Shown in pieces: positions 1 through 12,163 of a DNA stretch of 64,000 nt; position 1 is the stretch's first letter, and each line of letters opens with the position of its first letter. The DNA lies in contig OZ024740.1 in assembly GCA_964016885.1 (NCBI GenBank), forward strand, positions 69,750,001-69,814,000, given 5' to 3'. The notes under the pieces are model-generated. The model searched no databases and was not told the DNA's origin. It saw only the letters and a list, made by a program, of their open reading frames with translations. The position numbers were made by a program, and so were the translations under genes. Source of the DNA: Eledone cirrhosa. Lineage: Eukaryota.

Positions 1-3000
1 GCCTCTCCTTCGTTTTTGAAGGGGGAGGCGGTTTGATCGTGACAATGTACTCAGTGGTCAACCGGATTGGTTACACCCGCGACAGTAGTCGTTCCACATA
101 GCCCCACAGGTCAGCGACGCCCGGGCAGTGTACGAATGCGTGCGCGACGGTTTCCACGTCACGCAAGCATCTCGAAGAGATCTTCTTCGAGGGGTCCCTA
201 CCCGGGCGCCCGTGTCTGTAGAGCTTATCCCGAACGGGTAGAGCTCCTCGGTAGCACTGCCAAGCCAGGGACTTTCGGAAGTTGTCCATCGGTCCCCGGG
301 CCAAACGTCCTACCGAACAGACTGGCTAGCTCGTCTTCCTCCATGCCCAGAGCCTCTCCGAGAGCATTGTCGCACTTGCTGCGCACCAACCCTCTATAGA
401 ATGTTGAGGTTGAGTCTCCACTGATTGTCGGATCCGCTTGCCAGAGGGCTGTGAGTGCCTGGGCACATCCAATGTGCCAGTTGCCCACTTTTCTCAGTCT
501 TTGCTTGACCCAGGATTGCAGCTCGGTGAGTGAGACAAGTCTCGCAAAGGCTCGCCTCACAAAAGGGGCACACACCGGATGAACGGTGAGGAATACCTGG
601 AGGTGCCGTAGTCTTAATGCGTGTTTACGCATCAGCAGTCACGGCAACCCCAGCCCTCCGTTCGAAGGGTGATGACAGCAGATGAATCTTCTCACCAAAG
701 GGCCCGCTTCTTCCAAAAGAATCGGAAGAGCGCGCGCTCCATTTTGGCGAGCATTTTCGCTGGGCAAGGCACGACGGTCAAGCGGTAGTAGATGACGGAC
801 GCGAAAAGTGTTCGCTACGACGGACGCGAAAAGTGTTCGCTACGACGGACGCGAAAAGTGTCCGCTCGACCTTTCAGGGATAGTTTGCACTCGACCCACT
901 TCTGAGTGAGTGCAAATACCCTGCCCGTTAACTCTTCCCAGTTTTTCTCCACCTGGAGGTCCGGTCCGAACCACCCCGAGCAGCTTCACCGGTCCCTCCG
1001 TCCAGCGTCCGACGACGCCGTCGGAGGGCATCGGTTTGCCTCTCCACGTTCCGAGTTGCAAACCGACGGACTTGTCCCGGTTCAGCTTGGCTCTTGTAAA
1101 CCTTTCGTATTCCTCCAGTAAGGTGCCGATCTGCCCGATTTCCTAGGCGCACGACACCATTACTGTCACGTCATCGGCGTAGGCCGAAACCGCTTTTCAC
1201 AATCCCGTTTCCAACGGGATTCCCTGAAACAGGTCCAACTCCCGCAGTAGTGGTTCGAGAGCCAGCACATACAGAAGGGAGGAGATAGGGCATCCCTGTG
1301 GGTTGGATCGCGCGATTTGGAACGGCTCCGAGAGGTAGCCGTTCACCTTAACCCTCGAGCAGGTGCTGCTGCTGTGCATTGCAGCAATCCAGCCCCTGAA
1401 AACAGGTCCGAAGCCTGCCGCTGCGAGCACCGTATTCACGTACCGATGGTCGACACTATCGAACGCCTTAGATTGATCCAAGTTCATCAGGGTCCCACGA
1501 AAGCCGGGTTCGTTCCCTACCCTCTCTACGATGTATCGCATGAGGTGGAAGTTGTCGTGTATGGACCTGGACGGGATTGCATTGTCTGCGCTTCTCCCAC
1601 CAGGGTCCCGACGACAAGCGCCAACCTCTTCCCTAACACCTTGGCCAAAAATCTTTAACTCTGTGTTAAGCAGAGTTATGGGCCTGAAGTTATCTATGTC
1701 ATCCCCTTTGTTCTCGTCCTTCCTCACCAGCGGGACTACGCCCTTGGTCACAGAACTGGGAATTCTCCCGTTCTGTTGCCAGTTGCAGTAGACCGCCTCG
1801 AGGAGATCGGAGAACAAGTCCGGCATCGCTACATAAAGTTGTATGGTAGACCATCGAGACCGGGAGATTTGCGTTTGCCGCATAGGCTCAGCGCTTCCTT
1901 TATTTCAGCGGCTGAAATCGGCCTTTCGCAGGACTTCGCTTCCCTGTCCGAGAGCCGCGGCAGACCGTCGAGGTATGGAGCGAAATCCTCACCCAGCTCG
2001 CCGCCCCACCCGAACAGTCGTGCAAAGCGCCGTTGAAAGGCCGCGCACATCCACTCAGGTTCAAGGATCACGCGTCCATCCTGGTCTTTCAAAGACCGAA
2101 TCGTGGACTTGTTTCTACTTTTTCCCTCTGTCACTCTGGCCCATCTAACAGCTTTGGCTCCCTCGTTACCCAGAGCACGTATTTTACTCCTGACAACACA
2201 GCCCTTGTGCTTCGCGTCAAAGAACTAGTCTAGGACCGTTCTCGACGCCAGCATGCCGGCGTCCTTTCCCCTCCTAATCGCCTCTTCTACTCTATCTATC
2301 AATTCCCTTTCAGGTCTATTCCTATCTGATGCTAATTCCTGACTAAAACCTATCGATTCTATTCTAATTTCTCTCTTGAGAGAGCCCCACCTGCTGTTGA
2401 CAATTTCCCCCGTCAACCGCAGCTTAACTAGAGTGCTAATCCGCTTACTGTAAGCTTTGTCTGTCGGTAAGGACAAGTTTAGCTTCCAGTAACCGCGTCC
2501 TTGTCTATGGGTTCTATCAAGGTTGACCACTCCGGTCACCAACTTGTGATCCGATTAGTCAACCATGAACATTCGTGGACAGCTTAATATGTCCCTATCC
2601 TTATTTCTAACCAGAACCTTATCTAGGTACGATCTAGATGTTCCGCTGCGATTACTCCACGTCCACAGTGGCACAGTCGTAAAATCTAGTCGATATCTAT
2701 CGGCCAGATCAAATCGGTTGATTAACTTTTTGATGCTGTTACACCCCCCTTTATCGGGTCATGCTCCCACATAGTGCCAACGTGCATCTAGGATTCCATT
2801 CCAGTCCCCCAATAAATGCAAGGAGCGGAACGTTCCCAGAAAAGTCTCTAGACGTTTGAAGATGTCTGGCCGTGGAGTCCCGATGGGGCATATGCGGCCA
2901 CCAGCCTGAAGGCTCCACCTTCACTATCATCAAGGTCTAGGACCACCAGTCGACCCTCCGAGTCCAGATGTACCGTCTGTGTTAGGAGGCCCAGGTGTTT

Positions 3001-3225
3001 CCTCAGCAAAACGGCAACCCTTCCCCCACCTCCCGGCTGACATGGAGATGCGTAGATCTCATAGTCTTCGAAGATGGGAGCCAGCTGTCGCTCGCTGTGG
3101 ATCCTTGACTCGCAGATGGCAATTACATCCATACTGTGCGACCTGAGGTCGTTTAAGTGTTTGCCCTGTTTCCAGGGCATCCCCAGGTCGCGCACATTCA
3201 CACAATCGACTCTTACATTCGCCAA
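1..3225 (-). pseudogene. ORF2 (APE endonuclease-reverse transcriptase) of copy A, multiply frameshifted
   Basis: ORF fragments 2848-3225, 2225-2542, 1829-2134, 1197-1883, 840-1061, 225-632 and 71-304 align colinearly with copy C ORF2. Confidence 0.9.
794..865. repeat. 25-bp tandem triplication inside copy A ORF2
   Basis: GACGGACGCGAAAAGTGTTCGCTAC starts at 794, 819 and 844 (third copy partial); copies C and D have a single copy. Confidence 0.9.
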
Positions 3226-3261
3226 GTCGGTGAGTAAGAGTTGGAAAAGAAGAGGAAGAGT

Positions 3262-5272
3262 TCACTCACCTTTTCGTTTCCTGGAGAGCGGGTCGCTCAA
3301 GTTACATGGGGGTGTTGAAGGGGTTGTCTGGGTGGATGGTGGTTTCCGGTGGGGTGGGAACGGAGGTGTTTGGTGGGGACGGGGTGTCTGGTGAGATTGG
3401 GGTGTCTGGGGTGGGGATACATTTGAGAAGAACGCAGTTAAGTGGTTACACGCAGGAATTTTCCACGTCCTTTTCAAATGTTTCTTTTAGGGACCTATAA
3501 GTTTGTATAGGGACCCTAATCAGTTTTAGGTTTGGTTTTTTATTATTTTTATTAGAGTTTGCGAAAGTTTCCCTCAGGTTTTCACCGAAGGGTTGTTCGT
3601 GATGGTCTCCATTAGTGTTTTGTTTTCAGTGTTTATGTAAGTGTAAGTGTAATTTTCTTGTGCTGTGTTTGTTCTTGTCTGTAGTTCTTGTGTGTGCTTT
3701 CGTTTTGTTGTAGGTATTTTGTTTTCAGGAGGTGGGGGTTTTGTTTGTGATGTTTTTGTTATTTGTGTTGGTGGTTGTATGGTTTTGTTTTTGTGGTGCC
3801 TTTTTTTCCTTTTCGAGCGATGGGGTTCTCCCTCGTCTTCACTGGGTGATGACGAGATAGCCTCATCTGTTGTATCGTCTGTGTGATTGGGAAGGAGTAT
3901 GTATTGGGGAGCTGTTGTGTCTGTATGTGTTTTTGTAGTGGTTTTAGGTGGAGTGGGGGTGGGTGAGACTGTGTTTGTTGTGGTTATTTTTGTGTGTTGC
4001 TGTTGTTGTTGTGGTGGTGGTGGTTGTGTTATTTTGATGGGTGTCGGCAGAAGAGTCTTTTTTTTACTCATTAATTGAGGACAGGAAGCCCTCAGGTGAC
4101 CCCCTGTTAAAGAAGTGGTAACATGAAGGCCGCCTACCCTCAACCGAAAAGTGTATGTAGGTGAGTCCGTCCAGGAGTACACGTTGTGGGATCCTAGCTA
4201 TTCGCTCTGGGTTCATTTGCACCAGAACTTCAATGCTAGTCCCATTAAATACATCTCTGGGGGACTTTCCTACAGAAAGTATTCTGTCTTTATCAAAATT
4301 GATGAAGCCGCACAGTATCCATTAAATGTTTACCTTTGGTGTGACACTTGTGATTCTAATCTTGTGTGTCCTTTTTCCCATGCTTGTGGGGAAAAAGGTA
4401 TACAGGTTGGATACAATTGGCGACACAGTAATTTTGGGCAGTCAATTGACCCTTCATGAGTACTGAAATACTCCCAAAGAGTTTGCCTCTTTGAATGAAT
4501 GAAATATCATTCATTGAATTTTTGAAAACCAGGACAATTTCTTTCTGTGACAATTGGACCGGTTTTCGGGTAGAATTGGTAACTGTCCAGAAACTATCGT
4601 TTTGAGGGCAGTTTCCTTCCAACTTTCTACAGGGGAATTGATGCTGAAAGCACCATTCTTTTCAAAAGTAACATATCTCCTAGCGTCCTTTAGAAGTTGT
4701 TCGGCATTTGGTATGTCGAGATATGTTAGTTCCTCCTTTTTCTGAATTGTCGGTGCAAAGGAGATTTTCGGTTTCTTTGTGGAATTATCCGTGTTGGTGG
4801 TGTTGTCATTATTGTTGTTATGGTTGTTATTGTTCTTGTTGTCACTGCTGTTGATATTGTTCGTATTTTCCTTGGTGTTGGTGTTGTTGTCTTTGATGCT
4901 GGTATTATTGATGTTGTCTTTATATTTTTCTTTGTTGTTGTTGTCATTGTTTTTTTATCATCATTATTGGTGGTGGTGTTATTTTTGTTGTCGTTGTACT
5001 GTTTGGTGTCATTTGTGTCATTATTATTTTTGGCAGTATCGGTAAAGGGTCGGACGCCATGCTTTGACGCATAGAGTTACGGCCCTTGCCATTCTGAGTT
5101 CAAATCCCGCCGAGGTTAACTTTGCCGTTCATCCTTACGGGGTCGGTAAAATAAAGTACCAGTAATGCACTGGGTAATTTCTGGCCTTGTGCCAAATGTA
5201 GAAACAATTATTATTTTTGTTTGGATTTAAATCCGTTTTTACAATTTTATTTCTTCTTTCCATCTCCATAGT
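3262..5272 (-). pseudogene. ORF1 (gag-like) remnant of copy A, interrupted by a SINE
   Basis: GHLRASCPQL...KKTLLPTP and QKEIVLVFKNSMNDISFIQRGKLFGS match copy C ORF1; (AAC)-rich N-terminal region. Confidence 0.75.
5031..5212 (+). mobile_element. tRNA-derived SINE (Meta-domain-like) inserted into copy A ORF1
   Basis: A box TGGCAGTATCGG, B box GAGTTCAAATCC, core CATCCTTACGGGGTCGGTAAAATAAAGTACCAG; 13-bp TSD ATTATTATTTTTG at 5020-5032 and 5207-5219. Confidence 0.85.
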
Positions 5273-5587
5273 ATCTTTGGAGAAGGAAAGGGGAGAAGAC
5301 GACGTTCACTGCGACCTATGTAGTCTTACCGACTCTCCACTACCATTATCGCCAAACGCAGCGTTCATAACGTAACTAAACTAAACGATATTTTTTTCAA
5401 AATTCGATAGAGAAAAATGTTTTGAAACGAATATTTCGCCCCTGGGAGGGGCAAAAATGAGTTGACCCACCGCCTGAGGGTGCAGACGGGGGGTCAAGTT
5501 ACACAATAATATAAAATTTAACTGAAAACTCACGGTTTTTCTTACATAAATGTACAGAAACTTCTCCGCGAAGTTACACACGTCTGG

Positions 5588-5604
5588 TAGATAGATAGAT
5601 AGAT
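5588..5604. repeat. (GATA)n microsatellite between Tx1 copies A and B
   Basis: TAGATAGATAGATAGAT. Confidence 0.95.
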
Positions 5605-6136
5605 TTCTTTATTTGCCACAAGGGCGCACAAGAAAAGGGGACAATACAAAGACATGCCGGGGATTTTACATACAGTCGTGTAAAAAATATAAAGACAAAC
5701 AATTACAACAATCGAAATCCCCAATAGGGGGGAGCGCCACATATGGGTTGTTTAATACCCCGTCGATAGAACAACCCTCAACTCCAGGAGCGTGTTGTGC
5801 AAGTGCTCCTTTCTTCCTTTTGCTCTCTTCTTCAACCTACAGGCTTATAAACAGAGAAGGCCCAATCACTCGGACCATTTTCGCTTCATTCACCCACCTT
5901 TCAGTAAATTTATTGGGGTGCAGTGCCTCTCTCTCCACTCTGATTCTCCTTCTAAAGTGATACTTAAAGAAGGGAATCAATTGTTGTCTGGAGAGAAAGG
6001 CATCTGTTCTCAGTCCTCTCAATGTCGTCCACCATATAACTTCTTTCACCATAGCCACCGTAGAGGAAAACCGCCTCTCTTTCGTTTTTGTAAGAGGCTG
6101 GCAGTTTGATCCTTACTATGGACTCGCAGTCAACTG
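5605..6136 (-). mobile_element. Tx1-like copy B, heavily 5'-truncated (ORF2 C-terminus plus 3' UTR)
   Basis: ORF 5837-6058 (MVKEVIWWTTLRGLR...) matches the ORF2 C-terminus; 3' end GTGGCAAATAAAAGAAA runs into (TCTA)n. Confidence 0.9.
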
Positions 6137-6260
<124 letters not shown>

Positions 6261-6524
6261 TGTTTCTTTTATTTGCCACTAGGGCATCAAAAGTGGGACA
6301 AGTACAAAGGGGGGAGTTTACACAAAAAGGCGTCCTCAATAAGGAGGAGGCAATAACAAAATATAAAAATAAAATAAGATATAACAAAAAATAAAATTTT
6401 TAACAAAATCCTCAATAGAGAGGAGGCGCCTTGGGGGGTCGCACACACCCCCGAAAAAAGTGTGCAACCCTTTTCCTCAGGAGCACAGAGAGGGGGTGCT
6501 CCCTCGTTCCTTCCTCTTTTCCAC

Positions 6525-9500
6525 CTACAGGCTTATGTAAAGAGAAGGCCCATTCACACGGGCCATTCTCGCCACTTTCACCCACCTTTCATAAAAACGA
6601 CTGGGGTGCAGCACCTCTCTCTCCATCCTGATCCTTCTTCCGAAATGATATCGGAAGAAACGGACCAGTTGTTGGCCAGAGAGAAAGGTGCCTGACCTCA
6701 GTCCTTTCAGACGCGTCCACCATACAACCTCTTTCGCCATGGCTATTACACACAGAAACACCGCCTCTGCTTCATCTTTGAAGGGGGGAGGCGGCTTGAT
6801 CATTACAATAGACTCGGTGGTCAACCGGATCGGTCCCACCCTTGACAGCAGTTGTTCGACATAGCCCCACAGATCGGCTACGCCCGAGCAGTGTACCAAT
6901 GCGTGTGCAACGGTTTCCTCGTCGCACACGCATCTGGGACAGATCTTTTTGGCGGGGTCCCTACCCGGGCGCCCGTGTCTGTAGAGCCTTTCTCGAACGG
7001 GTAAAGCCCCTCGGTAGCACTGCCAGGCCAGGGACTTCTGGAAGTTGTCCATAGGTCCCGGGCTGAATGTCCTACCGAACAGGCTGGCCAGTTCGTCCTC
7101 CTCCATGTCTAGGGCTTCTCCGAGGGCGTCGTCGCACCTGCTGCGTACCAGCCCTCTATAGAATGTTGCGGTGGAGTCTCCACTGATAACCGGATCCGCC
7201 TGCCAGAGGGCGGTGAGCGCCTGGGCACACTCAGTGTGCCAGGCGCCCAGTTTTCTCGGTCTTTGCTTGACCCAGGATTGCAGCTCGGTGAGTGAGATGA
7301 GTCTGGGAAAGGTTCGTCTCACAAACGAGGCCCACACCGGTTGTCCGGTGAGGAATACGTAGAGGTGCCGTAGCCTTAATGCGTGTTTACGCATCATTAG
7401 CCAAGGCATCCCCAGCCCTCCTTTCGAAGGGTGTTGACAGCAGATGGATCTCCTCACCATAGGAGCCCGCCTCTTCCAAAGGAATTGGAAGAGCGCGCGC
7501 TCCATCTTGGTGAGGCTTTCCCTTGGGCAGGGCACTACGGTCAGGCGGTAGTAGATGACGGACGCTATATAAGTGTTCGCCCCCTCCGCCCGACCTTTCA
7601 GGGATAGTTTGCAACTGGCCTACTTCTGGGTCAGTGCAAACACCCTGTTCGTAACCTCCGCCCAGTTTTTCTCCACCTGGAGGTCCGGTCCGAACCAGAC
7701 CCCGAGCAACTTCACCGGGCCCTCCGTCCAGCGTCCGACGACGCCATCGGAGGGCATCGGTCTGCCCCTCCACGTGCCGAGTTGCAAACCGATCGACTTG
7801 TCCCGGTTCAGCTTAGCCCCTGTGAACTTTTCGTACTCCTCCAGTAAGGTGCCGACCGCCTCGATTTCGGAGGCCGTCGACACCATTACTGTCACATCAT
7901 CGGCGTAGGCTGACACCGCTTTCCGCAATCCCGGTTCCAAAGGGATGCCCTGCAACAACTCCAACTTCCGCAGTAGTGGCTCGAGAGTCAACACATACAG
8001 AAGGGAGGAGAGGGGGCACCCTTGTCGGATGGACCGCGCGATTTTGAACGGCTCCGAGAGGTAGCCGTTCACCTTGACCCTAGAGCAGATGCGGCTGCTG
8101 TGCATAGCAGTGATCCAGCCCCCGAAAACGGGTCCGAAGCCTGCCGCCGCTAGCACCGCATCCAGGTAACCATGGTCGACCCTATCGAACGCCTTAGATT
8201 GATCCAAGTTGATCAGAGCCCCACCAAAGCCGGGTTCGTTCCCAACCCTCTCTATGATGTATCGCATGAGGTGGAGGTTGTCATGGATGGATCTGGACGG
8301 GATAGCGCATGTCTGCGCATCTCCCACCAGGTTGCCCACGACAAGCGCCAACCTCTTTGCTAGCACCTTGGCCAAAATCTGTAACTCTGTATTTAGCAGA
8401 GTTATGGGCCTGAAGTTACTTATTTCGTCCCCCTTGTTCTCGTCCTTCCTCACTAGCGTGACTACGCCCTTGGTCACAGTACAGGGAATTCTCCCGTTCT
8501 GTTGCCAGTTGCAGTAGACCGCCTCGAGGAAATCGGGGAACAAGTCCGGCATAGCTAGATATAATTCGTAAGGAAGACCATCGAGACCCGGGGATTTGCG
8601 TTTGCCGCATTGGCTCAGCACGTCCTCTATCTCAGCGGCCGAAATCGGCTCCTCGCAGGACTTCGCCTCCCTGTCCGAGAGGCGCGGCAGGCCGTCGAGG
8701 TATGGACCGAAGTCCACGTTCCCAACCGGCTCCCCGCCCCTCCCGAACAGTCGGGCAAAGTGCCTTTGAAAGGCCTCACACATCTGCTTAGGCTCAAGAA
8801 TCGCCCGTCCATCCAGGTCTCGCAAAGACCGGATGGTGGATTTAGTTCCACTGTTGGCCTCTGTCACGCGGGCCCAGCTAACAGCTTTGGTCCCCTCGTT
8901 CCCTAGAGCACGTATTTTACTTCGGACAACGCATCCTTCGTGCTTCGCGTCGAAAAACTGGCTCAAAGCCGTTCTCGACGCTAGCACTCTGGCCACGTCG
9001 CCGCTTCTAATTGCCTCTTCTACTCTATCTATTAGCTCCCTTTCCTTCCTATTCCTATCCGCAGCTAGAACCTTACTAAATTCAATCGAGACTACTCTAA
9101 TCTCTCTCTTTAGAGATACAACACCACCTGCTGTTGACGATCGCTCCAGTCAACCGTTCCTTAACTAACGTACTAATCCGATTCCTGTAGGCTCTACTTG
9201 CCGGCAAGGACAAGTTGAGCTTCCAGTAACCGGGGCCCTGTCTATGCGTTCTATCAAGGTTGACCATGCAGGTCACCAACTTGTGGTCTGAATAGCCAAC
9301 CATGAGCATTTCTGGACAGCTTAAAAAGTCCCTGTCCTTATTTCTAACTAAAAATCTATCTAGGTACGATCTAGATGATCCGCTGCGATTTGACCAAGAC
9401 CAGGTTGGCACCGTCGGAAAATCTAGTCGAAATCTATCGGCCAGGTCAAATCGGCCGAGTAACCCCTTGAGGCTGTTACACCCCTCTCTATCGGGACATG

Positions 9501-9963
9501 CCCCTGCATAGTCCATACGTGCATCCAGGATACCATTCCAATCCCCCACTAAAAGCAGGGAACGGGACGTCCCTAGAAAAGACTCCAGACGCTGGAAAAA
9601 GTCGGGCCGCTCTGTCCCAAAAGGGGCATATGCGGCTATCAGCCTAAAGGCTCTACCTTCACCACTGCCAAGGTCCAGCACCACCAGTCGACCCCCTGGG
9701 TCCAAGTGAACTATCTGTGTTGCAAGGCCCATATGTTTTTGCAGCAGAACGACAACCCCACCCCCACCTCCGGGCTGACAGAGAGATGCGTGCATCTCAA
9801 AGTCGTCAAAGGTGGGGGCTAGCTGTCGCATGCTGCTGATCCGGGCCTCGCAGATAACCATCACATTTATAGATTGTGACCTGAGGTCATTTAGAAGCAT
9901 TGCTTGCTTCCAAGACGAGCCCAGGCCACGCGCATTTAGACACCCTACTCTTAGCACAGCCAT
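6525..9963 (-). pseudogene. ORF2: APE endonuclease, RT and C-terminal zinc finger; one frameshift (~9120) and one nonsense codon (7620)
   Basis: ATG at 9963 gives MAVLRVGCLNARGL; motifs GDWN, YLDR, SDH, LDQSKAFDRVDH, QGCPLS, YADD and CPRCVCDEETVAHALVHC. TAG at 7620 corresponds to TGG (W) in copy D. Confidence 0.93.
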
Positions 9964-10018
9964 GTTGGTGGTAAAGAGAAAAGGCACTTACCTCTCTGCG
10001 TCCCGGGAAACGGGCCGC

Positions 10019-11637
10019 TCAATTTCCATGCTGGTTGGGGATGAGTTGTTGGGTGGGGTGGTGGTTTGTGGAAGTGAAGGGGCATCGGTGTGATGTGGGG
10101 TTGGGGTGTTTGTCGTTGAGTGGGTGTCTGTGTGGGGTGGGGGGGTGAATTTTTTTAGGAGGACGCGGTTGATTGGTTTGGCGCAGGGGGGGGCCCACGT
10201 CCTCCGTGAAATATATTTTCAGTGTTTTGTACAAGTGCATTGGGACTTTTATCATTTTCAAATGAGGTAGTCCCACAGCAGTTATAAAGTTTGGCCCTTC
10301 GGTTTGGACCGAAGCGTTTGCTGAAATTGTTTTCCGTAATTCTTTGTTGTCTGTGTTCATGTATGTGTATTGTAAGGTCTTTTTTTGTGTAGCAGTTAGT
10401 GTTGTGTGACAGGGAGGGGTGGTTTGTGTGTAGTTTGTGTTCTCTTAGGGGGGGGGGTTAAAGTTAACATGTGTGTCTGTGGTGCGTCTCCTCTTCTTTC
10501 TTTTTACTTGTTGGAAGGGATCTTTTTCGTCTTGCGACGAAAGAGGTTCGTCTTCCTTGTTAGGTGGGAGGGGTATGTTTTCTGGTAGTGTTTGCGGTGT
10601 GTGTGTTTTTGTATTTGTTTTGGATGGGGAGGGATTGGGTGGGACAGTATTCTGTGTTATTTTTTCACGTGTTTGTTGTTGTTGTTGTTGTGGTGGTGGT
10701 GGTGGGGTTGTTGGTTTTTGTTGTTGTTGTTGTGGTTGTTTTTGTTGTTGTAGTTGGGGTGGTGTTGGTGTTGGTAGCAGTGTTTTTTTCTGTGTGAGCT
10801 GGGGACAGGCAGCCCTCAGGTGACCTCTATTGCCACAGAGGTAACAGGAGGGACGCCTACCCTCCACAATAATGTTGAGGTGGGTACGGTCATCCAGCAT
10901 GACGCGCTCAGGGATTTGGGCGATGCGTTCTGGCCTTATTTGGGTCAGAACTTCGAGGCTCGTTCCACTGAACGCGTCGCCGGATGCCTTCCCTATTGAA
11001 ATGAGGTTGTCCTCGTCTAAATTGAGGAAACCGGTTAGTAACCACCAGTAGTTTATGTTTGGGGTGATGGTGGTTATCCATATCCTCTGGGTTTTTTTAC
11101 CCATGTAGGTGGGGAAGAAGGTGTAGTGTGTGGACCGAATTGGCGACACAGAGTATTTTTTTGCCGCCAATTCGTCTTTCATCAATATGGATAAACTCCC
11201 ATAGAGTTTATCCTTTTGTATAAAAGTGATGTCTCTCATCGCGTCTTTCAAGACTAACTGAATTTCCGCTTGAGATGGTTGCGCTGGTTTCTTTGTTTTA
11301 TTTAAAATTGTTCGGAATACGACAGTTCGTAATTCCGTCTGTCTTTTTAGCTCCGGAGGTGAATGTATAGAAAACGAACCGTTTTCGCCAAAAGACACAT
11401 ATTTCTTGGCTTTTTCCAGCATTTCTTTTGCTTTTGAAACATCTTCCAGCACATAAGCGATTGATAATTTAGCCGTTTGTGCAAAAGATATTTTGTTTTC
11501 GTTTTGGATATTAGTATTGTTTTGTTTCTCGTCGTTTGAGTTGTTTTCATCTTTGTTGTTGTTGTTGTCTTTCTCGTTTCGTGTGTGGATACTTGTGACG
11601 TTTGTGTTGTTGTTGTTTTTGTTGTCTTTATTGTTGC

Positions 11638-11668
<31 letters not shown>

Positions 11669-11845
11669 GTTTTCAAATTCTTGTGTAGTTGTGGCTACAT
11701 CTAGTGGTCGGTCAACAGGTGAAGACAATTATTCCTCTCTCTGACCTCTGCCTTTGGCATCTGCTGCTGTGACAGGGGCAGTGGGAAGCTGTGAGTATGG
11801 CTTCCCCTTACCTTCTTTGATTGATGGTGAAGATGCTTCAGCCAT
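10019..11845 (-). pseudogene. ORF1: gag-like protein with CX2CX4HX4C zinc knuckle and poly-N and poly-Q/P tracts
   Basis: ATG at 11845 is in frame with ORF 10445-11728 through one TAA at 11729-11731; knuckle CYLCGNRGHLRAAC; probable frameshift at the G-run near 10447-10457, continuing into 10019-10360. Confidence 0.85.
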
Positions 11846-12063
11846 TTTTCTCAAAATAGGGTTTTTCGAAGTTTTTCGAAAGATAAAATGTTCACAATAC
11901 TATTTCGCCCAAAGGCGCAGAATATTTTGAGAGACCGACCAGATCAAAATTTGACCTGGCAGTCCCTCTACAAAATGGTACAAAAATGAAAGTTTACAGT
12001 TTACAATTTCCGTATGAATTTAAACAAAAACTTACCGAGCGAGCTCAGCACATGTGTCCATCG

Positions 12064-12066
12064 TAG

Positions 12067-12163
<97 letters not shown>
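12064..12163. repeat. (GATA)n microsatellite
   Basis: GATA run between copies C and D. Confidence 0.98.

Larger units (their letters stand above)
1..5587 (-). mobile_element. Tx1/L1-clade non-LTR retrotransposon, copy A (degenerate; 3' end lies outside the window)
   Basis: Minus-strand ORF fragments encode an APE endonuclease (NVRDL...ICES...YAP), RT (RPITLLNTELK, LDQSKAFD, QGCPIS) and ORF1 remnants homologous to copy C. The 5' end abuts (GATA)n at 5588. Confidence 0.9.
6261..12063 (-). mobile_element. Tx1/L1-clade non-LTR retrotransposon, copy C, apparently full length (~5.8 kb)
   Basis: 5' UTR, ORF1 with CCHC knuckle, ORF2 with APE-RT-zinc finger, and 3' UTR ending AATAAAAGAAACA; flanked on both sides by (GATA)n. 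Confidence 0.95.
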
